A stretch of DNA of 64,000 bases from Paraspadella gotoi (lineage: Eukaryota > Animalia > Chaetognatha), in contig CM119266.1 of the NCBI GenBank assembly GCA_051294375.1, positions 24,758,312 to 24,822,311 of the forward strand. Direction: 5' to 3'. The notes beneath the pieces were generated by a model that saw only the letters and a program-made list of their open reading frames with translations, was not told where the DNA came from and did no database searches. Shown here in pieces: positions 1 through 12,679 of the stretch; the first letter of the stretch is position 1, and each line of letters begins with the position of its first letter. A program made the position numbers and the translations under genes.

Positions 1-170
1 TTTTTATACCGTAACGCGTTATTAGGTCATGCTTCCTCGACATTGTTTATTGTTGCTCCGGCAATCGCCTCACGAAATCCTAGGTTAAGTTAGTTATTGT
101 ATTTTGCGGATTTGTATTGAGATAAAATATAAATTGGCGATAATAAAAGTCTTTTAAGAAGGAAAAAAAA

Positions 171-248
<78 letters not shown>

Positions 249-1654
249 AGAAGAAAAGATTGCTTCTTTTTTTAGGAGGAAACAGACCAGAGTGTAAATT
301 TAATATTTGGCAATATTTAATTTTTATAAATAGTGTACTCACAACTAACATAATTATTATTTAAAAAAAAGTTAAAAATGAATTAAATATATACCTAAAA
401 ATATTTAATAAATTTAATAATAGTACAAATTATCAGAATAACAAAAAAAGTAATGTTTATTTGACTATATCTCCTCTTATCAACATCCTATTTTGATATA
501 CATTTTGCCAATTAGTTTGGCTCAACCCGGTCCAAAGGTTGCCCATAATAAATTAAAAACAAATTTTTTTTTTTTATAATGTCGATGCATGCCAATTTAT
601 ATCTATTATTCGTGCAAAAGTGCTGCATATATAATAGGTCACATTAGCTGATTTATATTGATATGCATATCATTATAAGTGTATTCTCATTTTTAAAAAA
701 AAATATAGATAGAGAGAGAGAAGAAGAGAGAGAGAGAGACGAGAAGTGCAGAGATAGAAAAAAAACCGCAAAATTTCTTTCCAATTATATCTCACGATAT
801 AAATTTAGGCATTTTGTATTATAAAAAAAAAAGCGTGATAAATGCGATAAATAAAAGGTTTTCGAAGAAGTAATAAAATAATCAGAATTTTTCAAAAACG
901 AACTATCGGTAACAGAGTGAGGAGGACAGAAAGACAGAAAAGAGAGAAACGAGAGCACAGAAAGAGAAAGAGAGACCAAAGAGACAGAAAGAAAGAGAAG
1001 CTGGCAGCCAGCTGAAACAGTCATTGCGAGAACCTGCAACTCGGTTTTTTAAGGGTTCAACAAAAGCGCATACTGCCAAATATTAGGAAAGAAAATCTAT
1101 ATTATAATTTAAAGAAATAAAATGAAAGGCTAAAAATATGTTCTAAATTGTTTACAATTGGAAATATTTCCAATTTTTCAATCGCCAACGCTGTAAGATT
1201 TAATTTATATTTGTATTATAAATTAAGATATAGGCTTCCTCATTAAAAAATCTTTGCAGTTCCACTTTTTATTAAAAATTTAAAACAAATTTTTTGAATT
1301 TCATCTCAATTATTATATACTGCAAAATATGGTAAATTAGATAAAGCATTTCTATATTACTAATTTGCGGATATTATAGGAGTACTTTAATCTCATTTTG
1401 CATATTGCGCAGTAAATCATAATGAAATGGAAAATTCAAACAAAATAATACTTAAATTCCAAATGTATTATTGAATATACAGCTATTTCAAGATGAAAAA
1501 GCTATATATCTTAAATTTTTAACTTACTATGATCGCACACTTTGTAAAACTTTATCTAATTCATAATAATTTTTATCTTTTAAAAAAAACGGTAATGTCA
1601 CAGCCAAACCTATTAAAAGCGCTATAGTCTTTATTATATGAAACAGCGTGACGT

Positions 1655-1975
1655 GACGACGACGACGAGACGACGACCGACGAACGACGACGACGACGAC
1701 ACGACGACGACGACGACGACAGACGCGAACGACGCACGAACGCACCGCGACGACGACGACGAACGACGACGACCGACGACGACGACGAGACGCGACGACG
1801 AACGACGCGACGACGAGAACGACGACGACGACGACGACGACGACTGACGACGACGACGCATCCGACGAGACGAACGACGACACGGAGCGACGACACGACG
1901 ACGTACGCACGACGCACGAGACGAGACACGACAGACGACGCGACGACGAGCGACGGACGACACGAGCGACGACGA
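1655..1975 (+). repeat. Degenerate (GAC)n trinucleotide microsatellite
   Basis: Interrupted gacgac array; gives poly-D/T/R and poly-V/S ORFs. Confidence 0.9.
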
Positions 1976-2195
1976 GAAAGAAAGCAACCTAAACATTATA
2001 GAGCCTGACCCGGCTTCGCGCGTCAAGGCCTCGATAAAAAGATAGAGCAAGAGAGAGAGAGAGAGAGATGAGAGAGAGAGAGGAAGAGAAGGAAGAGAGA
2101 GAGAGAGAGAGAGAGGAGACAGAGCCCAGAGGCGTCAAGTATTTCCTTATCATTCCTTTATTCATGAGTCGAAAGAAGCGAAGAAAGAAGCGTTG

Positions 2196-2457
2196 GAGTC
2201 ACGTGACGGCATTTGACATCACGTGATGGCATTTTGAGTCACGTGATCTCATTAATTGTTTATTGTTCTTCATCAATTTATTTTTTGACGTCGAGAGAAG
2301 ATTTCGCCTTTGTTACTCTCTCTCATTCTCTCTTTCCCTCTCTCACTGTCTTTCAGTGTCTCGCTGTCGCTATCTCCCCCTCCCACATATATTGAACAAA
2401 TCTCGGTCTGATAGCATTACGGTAAATCGTTTGTCGGCCGCTCGACGCGGTTCCTAT

Positions 2458-2492
<35 letters not shown>

Positions 2493-2802
2493 NNNNNNNN
2501 NNNNNNNNNNNNNNNNNNNNNNNNNNNNNNNNNNNNNNNNNNNNNNNNNNNNNNNNNNNNNNNNNNNNNNNNNNNNNNNNNNNNNNNNNNNNNNNNNNNN
2601 NNNNNNNNNNNNNNNNNNNNNNNNNNNNNNNNNNNNNNNNNNNNNNNNNNNNNNNNNNNNNNNNNNNNNNNNNNNNNNNNNNTTCATTACCCTTTCAATT
2701 GCGCGTGCGCAGAGCAAGCCCCGTTTCCATGATACCGCGTCGTCGTAACTTCGTTTAATCGCGGAACGATTCGTTGCCACTCATCGACGGTGCGCATGCG
2801 CC
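2196..2802. promoter_or_regulatory. Promoter-like motif cluster: three TCACGTGA E-boxes at 20-bp spacing and two NRF1/Ewg-type sites
   Basis: GTCACGTGAC 2198-2207, ATCACGTGAT 2218-2227, GTCACGTGAT 2238-2247 (overlapping TGAGTCA 2235-2241); TGCGCGTGCGCA 2700-2711 and TGCGCATGCGC 2791-2801. Motif evidence only. Confidence 0.5.
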
Positions 2803-3439
2803 AAGTTATTGTCAACCCAGCTTGCGTGCACTTTCGTACGCATTACGTTCGCTGCGACTACCGATTGACGGTAGATGCAAATTAGATGGAAACCAAGGAA
2901 AAAAATGTTTAATTCCCCACCAGGTTTTCAATCTTTCGGAAAAGACGAAGCTTGTTCTGGCAAATACTGAAACTATGGTACTTCATTTTGGTTAAAACTT
3001 CTTCACCGCTTCCATTTTACGATGAGATTTAAAATTTATTGTACGCATATGAATATTTTGCCGCGATTTACTAAGCTTCTTGATTCTCCTTTATATTTAT
3101 AATTTTTATAACTTAAAAATTTACAGCTTCGAGTTAAATTCCATGGCTCCTCCCTATTTTGGAAACAAGCGTGAAAAATTAGTACGTATTTACATTCTGC
3201 AGTATTTATAAACCTCTCCAGCTAGAGGATATAGTATAGTATAGTAAAGTGTAGTATAGTAGAATGTAGTATACTGTAGGGATGTTACCAAAAACAAATC
3301 CGACAACTAAATCCTAATTGTGTCTGCTCTTCACCGTTTTACTTCGGTGCCGCAAAAACGCAGCAACTGGTTTTGATGCTGTTCCGGGTACTGGAAGCAA
3401 GGTGAGGCTTCTGTCGTGTGCGCTCCAGTGAGAAAAAAA

Positions 3440-3877
<438 letters not shown>

Positions 3878-4037
3878 CTAAAGATCGATTGGTCTCGAAG
3901 TCAATCAAATTATCCAACCGCAGTGACCGAATGCGATAAACAATTCCTCCGTCACGCTCTGTCACTCCTGTTGTCGTGGTTAGGGAACACAACCGTGAAA
4001 GTTTTACCCGGTTTGCCCTTTATAATTATACAAGACC

Positions 4038-4290
4038 TGGCGCTCTTTTTCAAAAGCGCCCCATTTTTGTTCATACTTAATTCTTAAATTAATTTAATCC
4101 ATATTTTAACTTTAATTTATTATGAAACTTATAAATTAATCTTTAACCTTAAACCCTATTCCTAACCTTCAACTCTAGTCCCTAACCCTAATCCCTAACT
4201 TAATCCTTAACCCTAACTATTAACCTAATCTTCAAACTTAGAAACTCACCTCATTCCGAATTTAAGATGAAACGGGGAGTTTTCTGTCTC
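4038..4290. repeat. Degenerate (CCCTAA)n telomere-like tract (about 4143-4230) inside a possible Helentron/HINE-type short element
   Basis: ccctaaccctaatccctaacttaatccttaaccctaac tract; upstream hairpin ggcgctcttttt-caaaagcgcc; weak inverted match caaaagcgccccattt / aaacggggagttttctg. Confidence 0.45.
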
Positions 4291-7021
4291 AAAAAAAACA
4301 GAAGACAAAAGACAAAAGCATTAAAATGAAGGGAGGGAGGGAAGGAAAACCTGATTGGGTTTCCAGTGATGCTAACAGTAACACAGTTGAGCGACGTCGA
4401 CGACGACGACGACGATGGCTGCCTCGCCGAAGCGGCGTTTCCCGCCTTCGACACGAAGTTGCTGAATCAGCGGGAAAGTCCACCGTCTCTCTCTCTCTCT
4501 CTCTCTCTCTNNNNNNNNNNNNNNNNNNNNNNNNNNNNNNNNNNNNNNNNNNNNNNNNNNNNNNNNNNNNNNNNNNNNNNNNNNNNNNNNNNNNNNNNNN
4601 NNNNNNNNNNNNNNNNNNNNNNNNNNNNNNNNNNNNNNNNNNNNNNNNNNNNNNNNNNNNNNNNNNNNNNNNNNNNNNNNNNNNNNNNNNNNNNNNNNNN
4701 NNNNNNNNNNNNNNNNNNNNNNNNNNNNNNNNNNNNNNNGCGCTTTCGACGCTTTTGCGTGCGAATCAAAGAGTGCATGTCATTTCACGTGCGATTTAAG
4801 TCGAGCGTTATACGGAAATCATTTTACCAAGAAGGACACGGACAGACTGTCCTTCGGAGAGAGCGGACAGGGGACCTTAATCTATGGGAATTCTTCAATC
4901 TTCATTTTTCAGTAGGGGATTCAGTTTATTTCTGTTTTTTTTTGTTTTTTTGGCAACTTTAATGAGTTTAGTTTTCATGGTCGTCGTCGTTGCAAAATGC
5001 GCAGTCACTTCCCAACCCTATTAGGACTTGATCGAGTCTTTGGTTTCAGGATTTAAATTTCTTTTCAACGAGTTTATGTTTTTTTTCTAGAAATTCCAAC
5101 ATTTTTTTGTCTTTGGTGTTTTTTTGATCCATTGACTTCTCGTCGTTAACCGAGAAGCTTTCAACTTTTTCCCCCCCTAATTAAAAACACAGATCTCGTT
5201 AATGATTCCCTGACGTCTTGTGGAGAAAAATCCGCCCTCTCAATCCTTGCCAAGCCACAAATCGTCCAGTCATATCCCAACTCCTATTCATTGCTTACTT
5301 GAGTGATGTAATTTTCGTGGTTTTAGGATTTAATTTCTTTCCTCTCATATACGAAGGTTTTATGTTTTTGTGTTCCAATCTATGCAAATTCCCCAACATC
5401 TACCTTCTTCTTGTTCTTTGGTCGTCTTCTTTACATTTGGAGTCGACATTAGAGCCTTCTCGTCTTGTAATCTCGAGATTAGGTCTTTCCACTTTTCCCC
5501 CTACCCCTAACATTGTAAGACAACAACATGACTCTCGGCTCTAATGATTCCATCTGGACCGCTGCTTCTCTGTAGAGAAAGAACTCTCGCCTCTCAACTC
5601 TAATCTCTCATTCTATCTCTCCTCTGCTCTACCTCCTTCTTGCTCTATCCTCCTGCCGGTCTGCTTCTCTCTTCCGCGTCCAGCTCTCACTCTCATCTCG
5701 TTCCTCTCATCCATCCCTACCTGTCCTTCTCCTCCCATCTCCTCCTGCTCTTTCCTTCCCTCTCCCCTCTCTTCTCTCGTCCCTATCAGGCTCTGGTTTC
5801 CTTCGTCCACGCTCCGTCACAAAACTTAATCATATATAATAACGGATATCAGGAATACCTATTTGTCAGACATCTATGTAGCAACACGAGAACAAATCTC
5901 CTGCTGACAGTCTTGCTGACCAAGTTCGGTAAATCTTGTGCGACATTACGCATCGTGCTTTATCTCACTCAACTGCGGTCGCCGAATGAGATCGGATTGG
6001 ATTGACTTGGATTCGTGTGATGAGAGTCATTGAAGAAGAGAGAGGGAGAGACGAGGAGAGAGGAGAGAGGATCATAGAGGAGTCATAGAAGAGAGAGTCA
6101 TGGCGGTAGATCATATCTGAGTTTTTGACCGACTTCCGGGTGTTCCCTTCTTATGAGGAAGGTGGGTGAAGATTGCGAGAGAAAAGGACTAGATGATGTT
6201 AAAAAGTCTGGAATACTAATTTTTAGTACCAGTATTAATGCATAGAGAACGTCTCATGTGAAATATCTCGAACTTGACCATTGATTAGAGGGTCCCTCGA
6301 CGGACAAAAACGCTGCTTACGGTGGACGATGCGCCGAGCGTGGCAACTTTTACGCCGGCGCGCGTCTCCCGTTGAGAGAGAGGAGATGAGAGTAGAGAGA
6401 GAAGCAGAGAGGAGACGAGAGAGAGAGGGAGAGAGAGAGACCGGGAGACAGGCGGGACCAGTCCTAGTAAAACTGGAACGAAGCCCTGTTATTTTTGCTT
6501 AGGTCAGTTTATACATCAATATGTTTCCTTCTTCCCGCTCATTTTTATTTTTNNNNNNNNNNNNNNNNNNNNNNNNNTTTTCTGTCTGGGCAAAGGAAAA
6601 AAAAGAGTTGAGGGCCCAAAGAGAAAGAATGAAAGAGAGAGAGAGACAGAGAGAGCAAGAAGGCATTTGAAGCGACCAGGTCATTTGTTTATATGTTTAG
6701 TTTTTTTAACCTTATCTTTTATTTTCTTTAAATCCTTTTTGAATTTTTTCAATTATTTATCATCCTATTTTCTTTTTTCCTNNNNNNNNNNCGCATTTCT
6801 TCCTTTAATCGTACATTATTGTTTCAATTATTTATCATCCTATTTTCTTCTTTCCTTTCTATCTTCCTTCTTTTTTTTTTCCTTCCTTCCTTCCATCTTT
6901 CTCTCAGTAATTTGGCGTCTCAGCATTTTTCTTTTATCAGCGTCTCACGCAGGACCCAGCAGGTGTGTTTTTAAAAATGTACTTTTTGGTCCACATTTTG
7001 TTCTTCCTCATTCTGTTTTTT

Positions 7022-7090
<69 letters not shown>
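7022..7090 (+). repeat. Perfect (GTC)23 microsatellite
   Basis: Direct read of the sequence. Confidence 0.95.
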
Positions 7091-7513
7091 CAAGTGAAAA
7101 CGAAAAAGCGGAAATGTTGGAATTTTTTTCCTTTGGTTTTTCTGTTTCGGTGAATTTGAATTCGGTGAGTTGGTTCCATTGTCGTCGCGTGAGAAACGGC
7201 TGTGAATCTTTCACCCGGACTGAGGTGAGGCGATGAGGAATTGAGGTGGTGAGGAGGTGAGGAGTTGAGGTGAAGGTGAGGTCGCTGAACTTGACAAGCA
7301 ATTGAAGAAAGAAAAGAGCGTCACATCGATCAATGTCGCTTTAAATGATTCAACACTTTTCAAAGAATGTCATAGATTACGCGGTTTACCAACATTTAAA
7401 TTCTGATATTGAACGGAAAGTAATTTTAAAAAAACATTGTTTTCGCTCTAGCCCGAATAGAAAATAAAAACGTTGGGTTATATTTGGAAAATGATTGTAA
7501 TTTTTTTAATTTT

Positions 7514-7736
7514 CACTTTACATTGGTTGCTTGAGAGTCATCATATATGCGGTATGAGTACATAATATTGGTGATTAACATCGTTTTATGAGGAAAACGC
7601 ATATTATTTTTATTTGAGCTTAACCATAGTTCATTTGCGAAGTAAATAAGCGATGTTAACCGAAATATATTGCTCAAATAAAAATAATATGCGTTTTCCT
7701 CATAAAACGATGTTAATCACCACCACTTTACATTGG
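7514..7736. mobile_element. Small insertion with a 13-bp flanking direct repeat and an internal perfect 51-bp inverted repeat
   Basis: CACTTTACATTGG at 7514-7526 and 7724-7736; arms 7569-7619 and 7672-7722 are exact reverse complements around a 52-bp spacer. Confidence 0.7.
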
Positions 7737-7846
7737 CAACCCCTCATTTAACCCATTGGTTGTTAATATTGATATAACCAGATGGATGTCTGTCCCGGTC
7801 CATCAAGCAATTTCAGACTTTGATATTCTGTTCATGCCTCTACCGG

Positions 7847-7922
<76 letters not shown>

Positions 7923-8255
7923 AGAGAGGCAATACACGAAGGCTACAGACTTCTACGCATTCTCGTCCATCTCGTAATAAAAGATTATGGGCCAAACGAA
8001 CTGGGGAGGGAAAGGCGGGAATAAGAAAACTCGATTAAACTGAAAATTTGGGAACAAAAAAAAAAAAGAAACGAAATAAAAAATAAAAGGAAAGAAGAAA
8101 AAAGAAAGAAAGAAGAGAATAGCGAGCTAGGGTCGGCCGCTGGTCGGGAACTCGCTGCTAAAAAATATTTGAACTGAGACGTCGGTTTTCGAAAATCCGC
8201 GTCCGCGACGCAACGAGTGAGCCCGCGGAGCGATCCCCGTGTTTTGCTTTTATTT

Positions 8256-8289
<34 letters not shown>

Positions 8290-8970
8290 GCTCTCTCTCT
8301 CTCCTCTCTCTCTCTCTCACTCTCCTCTCTCTCTCTCTCTTCTCAATCTCTCTCTCTCTCTTCTCTCTCGTTCAACAACCGCCCACCTCGTTTTCTCGCT
8401 TTTCTCTTTTTAGACTCTCTTTTTAGTTTCCTCTCTCCTCTCTCTCTCTCTGAGTCTCGCCCTCTGATTACCTCCAATCTTCTCCTGCTTATCTCCTCTC
8501 TTCTCATCTTTCCCAGCCCCCCACCCCTACCCTCCCGTCCACCGAATCTCTCCCTAAAAAAAAGACGCATGTTCCTCCCGTTTTCCCCTGAAAGTGATCA
8601 TGTTTTTTCGATGTCATTCCCGGTCACCGACGCCTTTTATCATTGGAGCGAGCGGGAACAATGGGGAGGAACGGGCGGGGCCCGGCGCGGCGAATCTCTA
8701 CGCTCGACGCGGGCCGCGGAAGAATCAACGAAGGGGCGGGCTGTGAATAATGTTTCTATGCGCTCGAAGGGCCCCCGGAAGAATAAAGAATCACGGGAGT
8801 TTAGAATTTAGGAAAACGTTTTTGGTTGGAAACAATTAAAGACTTAGGGCCTCAGATTTGACGCTTAAATTGCGATAAGGTTCCGGTTTAACTTGAGCAA
8901 TTTAATTAACATTTGAGTAATTTAATTTAAATCATAACAGAAAAACGCGATGAATTCCAGCGGTGGTCGT

Positions 8971-9044
<74 letters not shown>

Positions 9045-10325
9045 CCACTGAAAGAGAGGTTTTAAAGACTGAATGAGATGAAATGGGTGAAGAACTCAGT
9101 TTCTCCGCGATCGCGATGAAAAGGAGGCGGGAGAAAAGGAGAGGGAGGAAAAAAACGAGAAAAGCAGAGGATTGGGGAAGGGAGGAAAGGAGAGAGGAAC
9201 CCGATCGAGAAAAATGGAGAGAAAAGGAAAAAAAAAACGGGAAAAGTTGGAGGGATTTTGTGGAAAAGAAAAAGAAAGAAATAGAGAAAGAAGGAAAAAA
9301 GAAAAGTGGCAGAGAGAAAACAAATGGAGGAAAGTCGAGAAACTCGAGGGAGAAAACGAGAGAGAAACGGATGAAAAAAAGAAAAGAAAAAAAAAAGAAT
9401 AAGAAAGAAAAAAGAAAAAACAGGTGATTCCGTTTGACATTTGGAGGCGAAAGACGTTGAAGTTTTAAAGAGAGTAAATTGAAGATAGTGACGGTGGTGG
9501 CAACGTCTGACGGAATGGAACCAATTGCTACAGCTTTTTTTAATCAATAATTATTTTCTTAAAGGTTTTTATAATGATTAGTCATTTTTGTCATTCCTTT
9601 TTACGGCCGGTCCGCTTCGAAGAGAAACGACGTCCGCACAAGATCGCGCCTCCCTTTCGAAATCCTAAACAGTTTCATCAGATCCACTCCCCTCTCCAAC
9701 TCTGACGATCCTTAACTTCACCCACCACCGCTTTCCCTCCACCCACCTCCACCACCGACCGAAAAACCGCGGTTGGCGTGGATGTGAATTTATCATGCGG
9801 GGACCATTATAACACGGCGCGTCGGCGCGCGGCGTCGGCTGCGGTGACGGCAGCGGCGGCGCCGGTGGAAACGCTGGCCCGGCGACGCGCGCATGAAATA
9901 CGCGCGCCGAAAATCGTTTTCAAACGGGGATCCGGGCGCTGACCCTGTCCGCCTTTTCTCCACTCTCTCTCTCTCTTCTTTCACCCCTCTGATGAACTCC
10001 ATCCTCCTTCACATTCCCTCTTATCTCAGAACCATCTCCTCCGCTCCCGAAACCTCACTTTCACGGAAAATCACTTTATTTCTCTTTCTTATGAAGTTCC
10101 GTGAACTTTAACTGTGCCGAATGTGTTATCAACGTTTCTAAAATTTCAATAACTGAACTCACTGTTAAAATTACATATATTCTTTTGAAGAAATTTAACA
10201 GCCCGATTTATTTAGGCTGAGTTCCTCTTCTTATCCCTTCTCACTTCTCACCCATTTCTGCCTCACCCTCACCCCAATTCCTGACATACTTACTCTCCTC
10301 AGTCCTCACCATTTTCGTCTCTCTC

Positions 10326-10361
<36 letters not shown>

Positions 10362-10545
10362 GCTCTCTCTCTCTCTCTCTCTCTCTCCTCTCCCTTTCCC
10401 CTCGCCTTTCGCGTCCTCCATCTTTTGACAAGCTCTCGACCCTGTCCCAGTATAATCTCAATCATTTCAAATTCATTGTTTCGGAAGGGAGAGAACGATG
10501 GAAGGATGAAGATAGAGGAGAGAGAGAGAGAGAGAGAAGAGAGGC

Positions 10546-10578
<33 letters not shown>

Positions 10579-10594
10579 AAGAAGAGAGAGCCCT

Positions 10595-11787
10595 AAAAAA
10601 TCTTCCCCGCATGTTAAAACCCTTTCCATATTCGTGGTTGACCCAGTGTTGATTGAGGGGCGGGTGGAGGATAAAGAAGAAAAAAAAATATTTATCGTTG
10701 GGATCCGCGAGAAACAAAAAGCGAGAAATAAGTCCAGGGAGAGAAAAAACCCGGGAACCCTGATTTAAACGGGATGGGGAAAGAAAAAAAAAAAAAACAA
10801 AAGGGAAAATTACGCGAAATTTTTTAATGATATTAAGATAAAATGACATTGAACCAAAAGTGTATATATCACAAACTGGTTTACCAATTTCATATAATTT
10901 AGCTCCTTGTTTTTGATGCTAGTGCGGAATACAATTTAGTATTCCCCGATCTAATTCTTAACGAGAGGTTGTTTTTTATAAGCAATTGAAACATTCTTGA
11001 AATATATAGTATTTTATACACAGGAAGCAGGTACTTTGGAGGTGAATAAACGAGACAAGTAAAGAGAAGTCTGGATTGAAAAGCTTGCAGGGACCTGTTA
11101 TCTTACAAGAGTGATGGAGACCTTAAACCACCAAAGCCTGTCCACAGTCAGGGGCACAAGATAGGCTAAATTTATTAAATGAAATGGATATTTTTATATT
11201 GGTTTGTACCAAATTTCATTTCCATATCATACAAACAAGAAACAAAATAGAGTTTTCAACCAATTTGTTTCGATTAGTAGAACTTCAAACCTAAAAGTCA
11301 AATATTTTATCAATTCGCGTTTAAAATACTGTCAATTTTTTTTAATTTTCTTACACTGACGAAGCATTACTTTTATAATTTCATCGCTCATTTTAACTTA
11401 TTTTAATTTTTTTTAATATAAACCACTAAATAAGGTCCACTAAGTTTCACCTCGAATATTTAAAATATTTTTTTTTTCTTCGTTCTTCTCAGTCAATTCC
11501 ATCTCTCGCTTTCTTCGATTCGGCCGGTTTTAGAGAAGGGGAGGGTGAGGGTCGATGGTAAAAGGGGGTAGAGGAGCAGAAAGTGGTGGAGCGGAGAAAG
11601 TGGGGCCGGAGAGGCGCGTGGAAATAAAAACGAAAGGGTACTTCATTCCCCCTCCCCCCCTCGTTCCCCTCCACGAAAGGCGCAAAAGTACGATCACATT
11701 TCTAAACTCTGCTCTTCTCCTCTCTCCAGTCCTCCTCCTCTCTCTGCCCTCTCTCTCTCTCTCTGTTCCTCTCTCTCTCTCTCTCGT

Positions 11788-11823
<36 letters not shown>

Positions 11824-12063
11824 TCTCCTCTCTCTCTCTCTCCTCTTCTCTCTTCTCTCTCTCTCTAGCGAGACCCCAAAAACCTGAAAACGGTCCGAGA
11901 AGAGTTTTATCCCGGCTTTAGCTTCTCCATTTTTAATGGCTACATAAATAAAATGAATTTGCCCTTCGGCCCTCCTCCCGGACCGAAATTAGATTTAAAA
12001 CGCGTAATTTTAGGGAGAGAAGTGACGGGAAGTCCGGCCAGAAGAGGAGAGAGAGAGAGAGAG

Positions 12064-12119
<56 letters not shown>

Positions 12120-12619
12120 AGGATGAATGGTCGTGGCCTCGCGCGTAAAATGTTTTCCGCCATTGTTTATTTTCTCCAACGCCGCGAGTTTAATTTTGTT
12201 TTCGCCAATTTCATGATTATGGTTTTTTGGGGTCAGGGACTGGTGTAGAGCCAGAGCGACATGCGAGAGGTGCTTCGAACGAGGCCGGGCGTCCTGGGCT
12301 TGGCGAGGCAGTTTGGGGAGAACGACCGGAGGAGACAAAAAAACAAAAGGGACAAAATAAAAATGAAAAACAACGTTAAAAATTTTCTATTCTGGCCCGA
12401 AACTGAGGTCGACGTCTCATATCATCAACGATTGCGTGATACTTTTAAAGAGAATCGTCCCGCAAAAGAAAAAAGTCTTCGCTCTCCATCCCGCACGTGG
12501 AAAAGACCAGTCAATTGCTCCAGCAAGAAATCCAGAGATATGCAGCCAACAATGCGAAGCACCTACCGGCAGGCCGCCCATAAATAGGCCGGGGAGAGAG
12601 AGAGAGAGAGAGATAGAGA

Positions 12620-12679
<60 letters not shown>

